DNA of 64,000 nt from a virus. Its lineage: Duplodnaviria > Caudoviricetes. The first letter of the stretch is position 1; each line of letters starts with the position of its first letter. The stretch lies in IMG/VR virus record IMGVR_UViG_3300024252_000005. One strand, given 5' to 3'. A program made the position numbers and the translations under genes. The notes under the pieces were generated by a model, which was not told the origin of the DNA, did not search any database, and worked only from the letters and a program-made list of their open reading frames with translations. This document shows, piece after piece, positions 20,709-30,047 of this stretch.

Positions 20709-23700
20709 ATGAAAAAAATAAAAAATAGAGTTAACAAGCTTTTAGAATATAAAAGCAAAGTGTATAAAAGAAAATACTTTTTGCTTTCAAAATTTTCTAA
20801 TACTAACATTAACAAAAACAAATATATGTTAGAAGAATTTAATTGCTATATAAAAAGCTTAAACAATTCCGAAGGTTTGTTTCCCACGGAAGTTTCAATT
20901 GTTGATCTTTATAAAAGGCAAGTTTTCAATGAGACTAGATCAGAAAAAATAGCAGAAAAGCTTTCTTGTAATTTGATTAAAGAGCTAAACTTAAAAATAA
21001 GCAAAAGAATTGTTAACAAAAAAGATGCTGTAGAAAGTCTTTTAGACGAAGTCAAGATTAATAGTAATAAATTAAACAAAAAACTAGAAGAGACTCTTTT
21101 AAAGTCTATAAAAATTAAAAAATCAATTCTTAGTGAAAGCTATGGCAAAGAAGATAATGTTGTTGACTTAACAGATATGTTTGACAAAACTAATCCAGAT
21201 GACGAAGATTTATCATCTATAGCAGGAGAAGATAGTATTGAAAGTGAAAGCGATGAAATTGTTGACATAGACTATAAAGACAATGATATTGTTGCATACT
21301 TTGGAGGTAAAGATCCTAGAAAGTTTAGTAAAAAAGACTACAAGTCAATGTTTGATATTGAACCAGACAGGAACTATCATTCTGAAATAAGTAAAATTGT
21401 TAGAAAAATTAGTGGTGATCTTACTCCAGAACAGACTAAAGATATTAAGAATATGAGATCCATGGTAAAGGGATTTCCTGTAAGATCAGCTGAAGACAAG
21501 GTTGATCAAATTGCAATTGAAGCAATCAGTAGAATGTCTATCGAAGCAAGAAAGAAACATTTTATACTTGACAAGATGTATAGAATGCTAAGCGTACAAA
21601 CGGGATCACTAAAGTTTTTAGGATTAAATGAAAAAGAAAAGCAGCGACATTTAGAAAAACTTTCTAGTACTAAAATGGGTAGTCAAGAAAGAAAAGAAAA
21701 ATTAGCAAGTATTCATAATAAAGATTCTGAAATTAGAAAATACATTTCAGGCTCGACAGAAGATTTAGATTTTGTTAAGCTTGATAGATCTGAAGGCGCT
21801 GATGAATATAAGCGGAAAGGAACGTTTGTAACATCTGGAAGAAGGAGTAGAAGATCTAGAGGCGGATTAATGTCGCAAGAAGAAATTAAATCTTTTGACA
21901 AAGAAATACAAGATATTTTATTAAAGCACGACTATGATCTTGAAGATGAGATTTTAAGGCTCGACGACTTACTTGATATTGCTAGAAGACTTTTTAATGA
22001 TCCTATTAAGTTTAGACAGCTAACAATTGATTTAGACATAATGTTTGGAGACAATCAATCATCTTCTAAAATTAATCCTTTATCTCAAAGCGAATTTGAA
22101 GAGTATGAATCTGAAAATTTGAGAATTGATAGAGAGCTTGATGATGAAGCTTCATCATCGCTAGAACAAGACAGAAATGAAGTGATCAACGTTACTCAAG
22201 CTGCATATTCATCTCTAGATGAGCCTGAGATTATGCTGACTGAGCTTGAATACAAAGAGTATCAAGATCAAATGAATGATCTAAGAAATAGAATTGCTGA
22301 GCTAAATAAAAAATTGGAAGCAACAAAGCCTAATGTATTTGCTAAATTTGAAACAGATACTCAAGGTAATGTTATTATTGAAGATTTAGAGGACGTACCT
22401 GCAGAAGGCTTAACATCTGAAGAAGCTAGAGAATATGAAGACATTGTATCTAAACTAACTAAAAGCATGAAGATAACTGTTATAAGCTTAGATCAAAAAG
22501 GTAAAATTTACGAAGAGTTATATAACAATGCAGCTGCAACTCCAGAAGATTATGCTAAATTCATGAAAAGATTTGGTTTAAAGGAAAAAGCTGGTCCTCA
22601 AAAGTATAGAGATATAGGTATGCAAACCTATGGCGAAATGACAGGAACATCAGGCCCTAGGCAGTATTCACTTAAAGCTTGGTTTAAAGGAAACCACTAT
22701 TCGCTTTCTATTCCAGAAAAATCTGAAATATATTCTCAGTTAGCACAAAAATGGTTTGATACTTTAACTACTCTTGACCTTATTCATGACGAAGCCTTTA
22801 AGCTTCCAGGATCTCCGGAGATGAAAAAGCTCGTTAGGTTTTTCGATGAGATGTCTAGATATACTACATCCAAGGGCTTTGAAAGATACTTTGATGACAA
22901 AGGTGATGAAAGTGAAAAAGAAATTGTAAGAGAAAAAATAAATTCAGCTTGGCGTTATGCAGGAAGCGAAAACAACAATGAATTTTATGAAGCAATTAAA
23001 AAGCTAGAAGAAGAAGATTCTCAATTTAAGAAGTATGCAATATTAGATTGTTTAACATCGGGAAATTCTTCGTTTAGAGTATATGCTACTACAATGATGA
23101 AAGAATTTTACAATAAATATATTTGGAGTAGCGTTGAAGAAGAGTTGACTTTCGCAATAAGAGATTATTTTAAAGCGCATACAAAAGGAGGGAAAATAGG
23201 TACTTCTTTAGCAAGAAAGAAAATAGACCCAAATACAGGCAAAGAGCTGTCAAAAGCAATAAGACTAAGAGACATACCTAAAGATGAAGGTAAAGATTTG
23301 TTTGGTACAATAATAAATGTTACCATGAATAGGTCTGGTTTACCTAGCGCTGAGTCATATAAACAAGACAAAGATATGAATACACAGAAGTATCAAAGAG
23401 ACTACATTTCAGGTAATATCAATAACAAAGGAGACTTTTTGGCAAAGATAAGAAGTTTTAATTCTGATCACCCAAAATTTAAAATTATGAGCAAAGATGG
23501 TAGTGAATTTGGAAGTGATGATGTTGATGATTTGCTAGATGATATTTTTGACTCAAATGGTATTATTGGTAGGTCTAAGGTTAGGATGATGCGCATGTCA
23601 AAAGGTTCATCTAAAGAATTCGTTGCATTCTTGTTTGATTACGAAGAAGGACGTCATGATGAGATTGTTATTAACTCTTTAGCAATTAGTAAAGTATTAA

Positions 23701-23915
23701 GAAGAGGCGCTGATCCGTTAAATATTAAAATTTTTAAAGAAGTAGGCAAAGATACATTTAAAGCATTTAGTAAATATAAGAAACAGTTCGCACCTATATT
23801 AAAATCAAAAGATTTTGCAGAGTATCTTGAAGATGAATTAGGACTTTCTACTATTGACACTAAAAGCCCTGGCTCATCAAAACCTGAGTATGTGACTTCA
23901 AAGTATTCTCTATAG
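20709..23915 (+). CDS. Large hypothetical protein (about 1070 aa)
   Basis: Long ORF (track start 20694 TTG; ATG at 20709); no family recognised. Confidence 0.8.
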   Translation: MKKIKNRVNKLLEYKSKVYKRKYFLLSKFSNTNINKNKYMLEEFNCYIKSLNNSEGLFPTEVSIVDLYKRQVFNETRSEKIAEKLSCNLIKELNLKISKRIVNKKDAVESLLDEVKINSNKLNKKLEETLLKSIKIKKSILSESYGKEDNVVDLTDMFDKTNPDDEDLSSIAGEDSIESESDEIVDIDYKDNDIVAYFGGKDPRKFSKKDYKSMFDIEPDRNYHSEISKIVRKISGDLTPEQTKDIKNMRSMVKGFPVRSAEDKVDQIAIEAISRMSIEARKKHFILDKMYRMLSVQTGSLKFLGLNEKEKQRHLEKLSSTKMGSQERKEKLASIHNKDSEIRKYISGSTEDLDFVKLDRSEGADEYKRKGTFVTSGRRSRRSRGGLMSQEEIKSFDKEIQDILLKHDYDLEDEILRLDDLLDIARRLFNDPIKFRQLTIDLDIMFGDNQSSSKINPLSQSEFEEYESENLRIDRELDDEASSSLEQDRNEVINVTQAAYSSLDEPEIMLTELEYKEYQDQMNDLRNRIAELNKKLEATKPNVFAKFETDTQGNVIIEDLEDVPAEGLTSEEAREYEDIVSKLTKSMKITVISLDQKGKIYEELYNNAAATPEDYAKFMKRFGLKEKAGPQKYRDIGMQTYGEMTGTSGPRQYSLKAWFKGNHYSLSIPEKSEIYSQLAQKWFDTLTTLDLIHDEAFKLPGSPEMKKLVRFFDEMSRYTTSKGFERYFDDKGDESEKEIVREKINSAWRYAGSENNNEFYEAIKKLEEEDSQFKKYAILDCLTSGNSSFRVYATTMMKEFYNKYIWSSVEEELTFAIRDYFKAHTKGGKIGTSLARKKIDPNTGKELSKAIRLRDIPKDEGKDLFGTIINVTMNRSGLPSAESYKQDKDMNTQKYQRDYISGNINNKGDFLAKIRSFNSDHPKFKIMSKDGSEFGSDDVDDLLDDIFDSNGIIGRSKVRMMRMSKGSSKEFVAFLFDYEEGRHDEIVINSLAISKVLRRGADPLNIKIFKEVGKDTFKAFSKYKKQFAPILKSKDFAEYLEDELGLSTIDTKSPGSSKPEYVTSKYSL

Positions 23916-23927
23916 AATAGGTAGAAA

Positions 23928-24281
23928 ATGTATTTACAAAATATTATGTCAAATTATTTAAATGAAAATGCTAAGACATTTTCTGTTGAAAATCAATTCA
24001 AGCCTTTAAAAGTATCAAAAGATACTTGGGCATATGAGGAAAAAAGAGTTATCAAATCTTATGTTTTTGAAAAAAGAAAATTTCTAGAAGCGTTTATAAT
24101 ACAACTAATAAAATTCAATAGAGAGACAGATGCTTCTATTGAATTCAGAGTTAAAGAAATGAAAGTCGGCTGTATAATACACGCTTTATCTCCATCGATA
24201 TCTGAAATTGAAATTGAAGCTGCGAGAGACATAGACAAAATAAAAAAAGATGTAATGTATTATTATGCAGATAAACAATGA
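23928..24281 (+). CDS. Degenerate pterin-4a-carbinolamine dehydratase-like protein
   Basis: W...IKSYVF...F...IH...ISEIEIEAARDID matches the PCD fold pattern but lacks the HHP motif. Confidence 0.45.
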   Translation: MYLQNIMSNYLNENAKTFSVENQFKPLKVSKDTWAYEEKRVIKSYVFEKRKFLEAFIIQLIKFNRETDASIEFRVKEMKVGCIIHALSPSISEIEIEAARDIDKIKKDVMYYYADKQ

Positions 24282-24666
24282 AATAATAAAAGAATTAGAA
24301 AAACAAGAACAAGTTAACGAAAACTCTTTGCTTCTAAGTGAAGATTTAGAAGAATTGTTATATTCTGATTCTGATATTGAAGTAAATCGAACCAATAATC
24401 CTTATGTTTATTTTCAAACTAAAAATGAAGTATTTAAAGCTAAGTTAGTTAATTATCAAAAAAAAGACAGACAAGAAATTTTACATGTTTTGTCAAACAT
24501 ATCTTGTTTTAATTTACTAGATAGAAATTTAATAGATAAAGTCCACATAGAGTTTGACGAAGATAATTTTAAAGAAATACTGTGTAGTTCAAAAAAAATT
24601 AATTATAAAATAAAACTATGTGAGTCAAATATTTATTTACTAAAGATAAAGATTAAGGATGTATAA
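24265..24666 (+). CDS. Hypothetical protein
   Basis: 133-aa ORF in a coupled operon. Confidence 0.6.
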   Translation: MQINNEIIKELEKQEQVNENSLLLSEDLEELLYSDSDIEVNRTNNPYVYFQTKNEVFKAKLVNYQKKDRQEILHVLSNISCFNLLDRNLIDKVHIEFDEDNFKEILCSSKKINYKIKLCESNIYLLKIKIKDV

Positions 24667-24667
24667 A

Positions 24668-24838
24668 ATGAATTTTGAATTTGATAAGTTTGTTAAAGAT
24701 ATAGAGAAGAGACAAGTTAAAGAAAAAAAGAGTAAAGAAAATAGTCAGAGTATCATAGACCATGATGAAGCTAGAAGACTTAGGGATAGTATGTATCAAG
24801 AGAGATGGCAAAATAGAATTGTTTGGGAGAACAAGTAA
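24668..24838 (+). CDS. Small hypothetical protein (56 aa, not in ORF track)
   Basis: ATG 1 nt after the previous stop; MNFEFDKFVKDIEKR...WENK; TAATG overlap with the next start. Confidence 0.65.
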   Translation: MNFEFDKFVKDIEKRQVKEKKSKENSQSIIDHDEARRLRDSMYQERWQNRIVWENK

Positions 24839-25479
24839 TGGACTATAAGCTAATAGAAGAGTTTAATGGTATACTTGAAAACTCTTGGAAGCAAGAAAGA
24901 GAAGAGTTTATTAGAGATTCTAGAGAAATGGGTTTTAATCACGAGCTATCAGAAGAACTAAACGAAGATGATGTTGAAGAAGAAGAAGAAGATTCTAGAA
25001 AAGAAGCCTCTATTAAAGATGAAGAGTATGAAACAGGTGACGAATCCCCTTCAACACTAACCCTTTCAGATGCATTAGACTATGACAGAGTAAAGCGAGA
25101 CTTAAATCAATTTAGAGCTTCACATTCCTTGTCAGACCCTGAAGTTGACTCAGAACTTAAGAATTATTTTGATAGACTTAGCGAAGATGAAAAAAAGATT
25201 CTTTATGTCTTTGTTAAAGGCTTAACTCAAGTAACTCTTTTAGATGTTTCTGGCAAAACTGCAAACGTGCCTTCAGATATGAAATTCCAAGTAACAAAAA
25301 AAGGTTCAGCAACTAGTGAAAAGCTCAAGTCAAAAGCTCGAGCCCAAGAGCTTTCTGTTAACTTAGATGATGAAGAAAAAATGCAAGACTTGACAAATCA
25401 ACCTATTGTCATAGGTGATAAAACAAAGCAAAAAGAGTCTATACAAGAAATAATTAAAATAGTTAAAGAGAATGCCTAA
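24838..25479 (+). CDS. Hypothetical acidic protein
   Basis: ATG overlaps the previous stop (track start 24823). Confidence 0.7.
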   Translation: MDYKLIEEFNGILENSWKQEREEFIRDSREMGFNHELSEELNEDDVEEEEEDSRKEASIKDEEYETGDESPSTLTLSDALDYDRVKRDLNQFRASHSLSDPEVDSELKNYFDRLSEDEKKILYVFVKGLTQVTLLDVSGKTANVPSDMKFQVTKKGSATSEKLKSKARAQELSVNLDDEEKMQDLTNQPIVIGDKTKQKESIQEIIKIVKENA

Positions 25480-26491
25480 GTTAATAAAAGTACTTCATCC
25501 TTATGAATTTAAAAATATCAATACTGTAAGTGACTTTTTAATATTTTCAAAAAATATATTTAGAATAGTCAAGAAGAACGGCTGCTATGAAAAAAAAGAC
25601 GGCATTTTAATTCCCTTAAGATGGTCTAAAGAAAAAGAATCGTGGGTTGTTGATAGAGGCACAGACTTAAAGAGAGACATTGAAGGAATAAGCTTAGATA
25701 ATATTGACTTGTTTTTTGCTAAAGAAGAAATTATCTATAAGGCAATTGTTTTTATTTTGAACTCTGTTAAACAAAATAACGAGTTTAATATTATTGCTAA
25801 TAAATTTAACTTAGTTAAAAACGACACTAAATTCATTGCATTTGAGTATACTAATAAAACAACTAATATAATCGATAATAAAATAGAGACTGCATATCCT
25901 ATAGGATTGTTTGAATTCTGCCAGACAAAAAAAAGAAAAGGTCGATACAGTAAAAATAATTCTGAGCTTATTGATAATTCACACAAAGTATTAGAAATGA
26001 TTTGTAATACTAATAAAGAAAACTTTGCAATTCTTGATGTTCTTACACTTAAAGAAAGCTATACTTCTTCCTACAATAGTTTCTTAAGATATATAATAGA
26101 AAAAGAGTATAACTTTAAATCAAAAGATACAGATATTTTATTGTCTTTTAAAGATATACTTGAAGAAAGATGTCTTGATATAACAAACAACTTTAGAATT
26201 AAAGAAATAGTAAAAGCTATTAATGATAAAAATATGTCAAATTACTTTTTTAGGAAAAACAAAAAAAATATTATATCGCTGTTACTAAATGTTATACTTG
26301 GTGAGTTTATCAAAAAAGAATTAGAAATTGAAGAGTCAGAAGGTGTTGTTATTTGGGACAAGTTTTCTAGAAGCTTTATAAAACTAACAGGTAGCTTTTT
26401 ACTAGTTGAGAAAAAAAGTTTTAATGAAAAAATAGAAAAAGAAGAAGAATATAGTTTAGAAAATATTCCAATTTTACCAAGGACTTTTTAA
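25472..26491 (+). CDS. Divergent ligase-type nucleotidyltransferase-like protein
   Basis: HPYE, EKKDG (KxDG), AFEY, SEGVV and KLTGSF occur in the same order as in the C-terminal half of 36530..39778. Confidence 0.5.
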   Translation: MPKLIKVLHPYEFKNINTVSDFLIFSKNIFRIVKKNGCYEKKDGILIPLRWSKEKESWVVDRGTDLKRDIEGISLDNIDLFFAKEEIIYKAIVFILNSVKQNNEFNIIANKFNLVKNDTKFIAFEYTNKTTNIIDNKIETAYPIGLFEFCQTKKRKGRYSKNNSELIDNSHKVLEMICNTNKENFAILDVLTLKESYTSSYNSFLRYIIEKEYNFKSKDTDILLSFKDILEERCLDITNNFRIKEIVKAINDKNMSNYFFRKNKKNIISLLLNVILGEFIKKELEIEESEGVVIWDKFSRSFIKLTGSFLLVEKKSFNEKIEKEEEYSLENIPILPRTF

Positions 26492-26769
26492 TGTTTAGCA
26501 ATATAGATGACAATCATAAAGATAAAATAATTGAATTAATAGAAGAGCTATTAGAGTTTTACAATGATGACGACTGGATTATCTTAAAAAAATATCTACT
26601 AAGATATCTACACCCAGATATTAGAAAATATTTTTCAACAAGACACAGTTATACAAAAAAACACAGTCTTAATGAATTTGAGTCATCTTTAATTAAATAT
26701 ATAAGTACAGAGTATAATCACTATCTAGAACTTAAAGAAAAAGATAGACATAAAGATGGAGATATTTAG
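26491..26769 (+). CDS. Hypothetical protein
   Basis: 92-aa coupled ORF. Confidence 0.6.
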   Translation: MFSNIDDNHKDKIIELIEELLEFYNDDDWIILKKYLLRYLHPDIRKYFSTRHSYTKKHSLNEFESSLIKYISTEYNHYLELKEKDRHKDGDI

Positions 26770-26771
26770 AT

Positions 26772-28226
26772 ATGAATATGAAAAAGCTGATAATAAAAGA
26801 TAAGAAAGCTAAGTTTCTAAATGAAAATTTTACATTTGATCAGATAAAAGATGTTTTTGGCTTTAAAGAAATAACAGCAACTTTGAGTGATGTATTAAAA
26901 GTAGTCAGCGCAAATATAAAATATGCTATTGAATTTGTTTTATCTTTTAGATCTTTAAGTATAAAAAAAATACATCAAAACATGAAACAAGCAGATGCTA
27001 AATTTGCTAGAAGAGTAAGAAATGCTATGAGGAGTATTGACAGGACAAGTGAATCTTTATCTAGTGGGTCTTATATAAATGAAGCTTTTTTGTTTGCTGC
27101 TCCAGAATATGCAATTGTAGATAACTTTAGAAAAAGTGTTGATGATGCTGGAGGCATGAGATATTTTTTGCAAAGTGAAGATCAGAATTTGTATGTTGGT
27201 AATCTAGTAGATGATGTCTACTCTTTTTTTGAAAAAGGAACAGAAAAGCTGGTTGAAAAAGATTTCTGGAAAGATAGCGAAAGCTCAAGTAGCGAAAGCT
27301 CAAGTAGCGAAATACAAAATAAAAAAAACAAAAATTTAGATAATGAGCTAGAAAAAATCAATAACATGATAAGAGAAAGCTACGGTCTGAGAGCGCTGAA
27401 TGCAATTAGAGATTTACAAGCTGATAGAGTTTCAAATAAAGACGCAATGAACTTGAAAGTAATATTAGAAAATAATAGAAACTTAACTAAAGAAAGTCAA
27501 GCAAAGAAAATAACAGCTTACTTTGAAGGAATGAAAAACAATATAGGCTCAAATCAATTGAGGAAAGATATTAGTATTATTGAAAACAAACTAGTCATAT
27601 CAAATAATAAGATACTGATAAAAGAAAACAAAAAAAATGCGTCTAGTGCTTATAAAAATTTAATTGCTTTTATTTCAAACGATATCTATAAGTCAAATTT
27701 AGATGACATATTGTCGATTTTAAATCCTGTTGAAAGCTTTAGTAGCGACATGCTAAGCAAAAGATTGAAAGAAGATGTAAAAGAATATGAAGATTTAATA
27801 GGTTTTTTGTGCATTGATTGTCTTGTTATGCTTTTATCTAAAGAATACGAACAAAACAAAACAAATAAATTTGAAAAATCCTTTCAAATAATAGAAAAAA
27901 TTGTAGATAAAATAAGTCAAGATAAAGTTAAAAATGATCTGAATAGTGGTATTAATAAAATAAATAAATATCTAGAGAATGCTAAAGAAGAAGAATTGAT
28001 TCCTACTATAATCTGTTTATTAAAAGAAATAGATAAAAATAATCCAAATATTAATAAAGAGTATATTGCAAAGTTAAATAAGTTTAGTAATAGTAAAGAT
28101 CAAGATTTTATTGAGTTAAAGAGTTCATTTAAAAAATTATACAAAATATATCAAGATACTAATATAACATCACTAGTAGAAAATTTACAAAAACTTATTA
28201 AAGAAAAAGCAGAGAATAGTAAATGA
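26772..28226 (+). CDS. Hypothetical protein (484 aa)
   Basis: Long ORF; N-terminal KFLNE motif. Confidence 0.75.
   Translation: MNMKKLIIKDKKAKFLNENFTFDQIKDVFGFKEITATLSDVLKVVSANIKYAIEFVLSFRSLSIKKIHQNMKQADAKFARRVRNAMRSIDRTSESLSSGSYINEAFLFAAPEYAIVDNFRKSVDDAGGMRYFLQSEDQNLYVGNLVDDVYSFFEKGTEKLVEKDFWKDSESSSSESSSSEIQNKKNKNLDNELEKINNMIRESYGLRALNAIRDLQADRVSNKDAMNLKVILENNRNLTKESQAKKITAYFEGMKNNIGSNQLRKDISIIENKLVISNNKILIKENKKNASSAYKNLIAFISNDIYKSNLDDILSILNPVESFSSDMLSKRLKEDVKEYEDLIGFLCIDCLVMLLSKEYEQNKTNKFEKSFQIIEKIVDKISQDKVKNDLNSGINKINKYLENAKEEELIPTIICLLKEIDKNNPNINKEYIAKLNKFSNSKDQDFIELKSSFKKLYKIYQDTNITSLVENLQKLIKEKAENSK
27275..27312 (+). repeat. In-frame 15-bp tandem repeat (SESSS, about 2.5 copies)
   Basis: TAGCGAAAGCTCAAG repeated. 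Confidence 0.9.
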
Positions 28227-28501
28227 AAAACAAATTTAGCCAGCCAGGAATATTTTATGAAGAGTCAAGTGAAGGTTTAACTAATGGAATTCCATTTATG
28301 GAAATAGAAAAAGAAAAAAGCATTCCTAATGTATTGTTTATTGGTGCTGTTCAAGATACAGATGAACAAATAAATGAAAACGAAGTAGTTAAAGAAGTAG
28401 TTATACAAAGTTACTTTAATAGTGAAGCTATTAAAAGAGCTTTAGATGCAGAGCAATACAACAAGATTAAAGAAAGCCTAGGATTAACTTTAGTAAAATA
28501 A
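28223..28501 (+). CDS. Hypothetical protein
   Basis: 92-aa ORF with ATGA overlap. Confidence 0.65.
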   Translation: MKNKFSQPGIFYEESSEGLTNGIPFMEIEKEKSIPNVLFIGAVQDTDEQINENEVVKEVVIQSYFNSEAIKRALDAEQYNKIKESLGLTLVK

Positions 28502-28553
28502 AATTTATAAAATAATAAATTAGTTCTATAATATAAAATAAAGAGGATTAATT

Positions 28554-29009
28554 ATGTATAAAGTTGGTCAAATATTGTATACTCTCATAGAGAATAAACA
28601 TGCTATCTTTCCAGTTCAAGTAATAGAAGAAGTAACAATTAAAAACTTAGAAAGTGAAACTACTACTTATAAAGTTTTACTTCCTAATAGTAAAAATCAA
28701 AAAGTAGATTTAAATAGGTTTGACAAAGTATTTCCTGAGATAAACTCTGCTTCTAATTATTTATTAGAAAATGCAAAAAAAGCCATATCAGACATGCTTG
28801 TAAGTTCGAAAAAGTTAGAGGTTAAATTTCTTAAAGGCAATATTGAAAAAGAAGAATTAAAATCTCAAGTTGATATTGTCACGTGTAATAATGAAAAAGA
28901 AAGTGTTAAAATTGATTTAGGCGACGGACAATTAGCCAAAGTTAACATAGAAAATATTAGCAATTACTTAGACGAAAACATTCAAGAAGAAATACAAAAA
29001 AAAACATGA
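28554..29009 (+). CDS. Hypothetical protein
   Basis: AGAGG SD; 151 aa. Confidence 0.7.
   Translation: MYKVGQILYTLIENKHAIFPVQVIEEVTIKNLESETTTYKVLLPNSKNQKVDLNRFDKVFPEINSASNYLLENAKKAISDMLVSSKKLEVKFLKGNIEKEELKSQVDIVTCNNEKESVKIDLGDGQLAKVNIENISNYLDENIQEEIQKKT
28882..28912 (+). promoter_or_regulatory. Possible internal promoter CGTGTAA-N18-TAAAAT
   Basis: About 95 nt upstream of the exonuclease start. Confidence 0.4.
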
Positions 29010-29836
29010 AAAATATTTTATTGCTTGATGCGTATAACTTGATTTATAGAGCAAGATATAGCGGAATGAACAAAGGAGATAATTCAACAATTTTTAATTT
29101 CTTTAGAGGTATTAGACCTTTAGTTGAAAAATTTAATCCTGATGTTACTTACTTTGTTCTAGAGGGAAGACCTAAAAAACGTCTTGAAGTATCACCTGAT
29201 TATAAAGGGCAAAGAGTTTATACAGATCATGATGGTTTTAATAGGCAGCGAAAAGAAATTATTTCAATTGTAAAAAAATATTTCCCTTTTATTGTAGCTA
29301 AGCATGATGATTTTGAGTGTGATGATATTATTAATCATATTGCTGAGAAAAATCACAAAGATGACAATGTAACAATAATATCATCAGATACAGACTTTAT
29401 TCAAACAATAACAAAGAATATCAAACTCTATAGTCCTGTACAAAAAAAATATCTCGAGTCTACAGACTATGATTATGTGTCTTGGAAGTCTCTTGTTGGC
29501 GACAAATCTGACAATATTGAAGGATTTAAGGGTATTGGTGATAAAAAAGCTAAAAAGCTCCTGTCAGACAATACTTTATTAGAATCTTTTTTGTTAAAAG
29601 AAAATAATAGTGCTATCTATAAACATAATATGTTTATGATAAAGTTTCATGAATTAGATGAAAACGAAATAACAAACATTAAGCTTTCTAGCTTGACCAA
29701 TCCTCCAGATTGGTCAAAGTTAAAAGATATTTTTGTTAGTTATGATTTTAGTTCTATGACTAAAAAAGAAAAAACGTGGAATAACTTCATTGATACGTTT
29801 AATAACTTAGAAAGGAATATGACATATGTCAGTTGA
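29006..29836 (+). CDS. 5'-3' exonuclease / flap endonuclease (T4 RNase H / Pol I N-domain type)
   Basis: LLLDAYNLIYR, ECDD, SSDTDF, LVGDKSDNIEGFKGIGDKKA (H3TH). Confidence 0.92.
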   Translation: MKNILLLDAYNLIYRARYSGMNKGDNSTIFNFFRGIRPLVEKFNPDVTYFVLEGRPKKRLEVSPDYKGQRVYTDHDGFNRQRKEIISIVKKYFPFIVAKHDDFECDDIINHIAEKNHKDDNVTIISSDTDFIQTITKNIKLYSPVQKKYLESTDYDYVSWKSLVGDKSDNIEGFKGIGDKKAKKLLSDNTLLESFLLKENNSAIYKHNMFMIKFHELDENEITNIKLSSLTNPPDWSKLKDIFVSYDFSSMTKKEKTWNNFIDTFNNLERNMTYVS

Positions 29837-30044
29837 AAAGGTTTTGCCAAATAATATTTTAGAGCAGCTTAGGTCAAATGGCTTAATATCAAAGCAAGAA
29901 GTAGTCATCAACTCAGGAGACATCTATTACGCAAAAGATGTACTGACAAGTGACAAGAGAATTGTAGAAAATGCAATTATTGATCAAATACAAAGTATTA
30001 CTATTACAGAAAATTCAAACACAAGAACTATTTTAAAAGGTTAA
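29826..30044 (+). CDS. Hypothetical protein
   Basis: 72-aa ORF between the exonuclease and GroEL. Confidence 0.6.
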   Translation: MSVEKVLPNNILEQLRSNGLISKQEVVINSGDIYYAKDVLTSDKRIVENAIIDQIQSITITENSNTRTILKG

Positions 30045-30047
30045 TTA

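Noticed and set aside
29826-30044. GroES upstream of groEL
   Set aside because: No PL.DRV or G.V.AVG motifs; only position suggests it.
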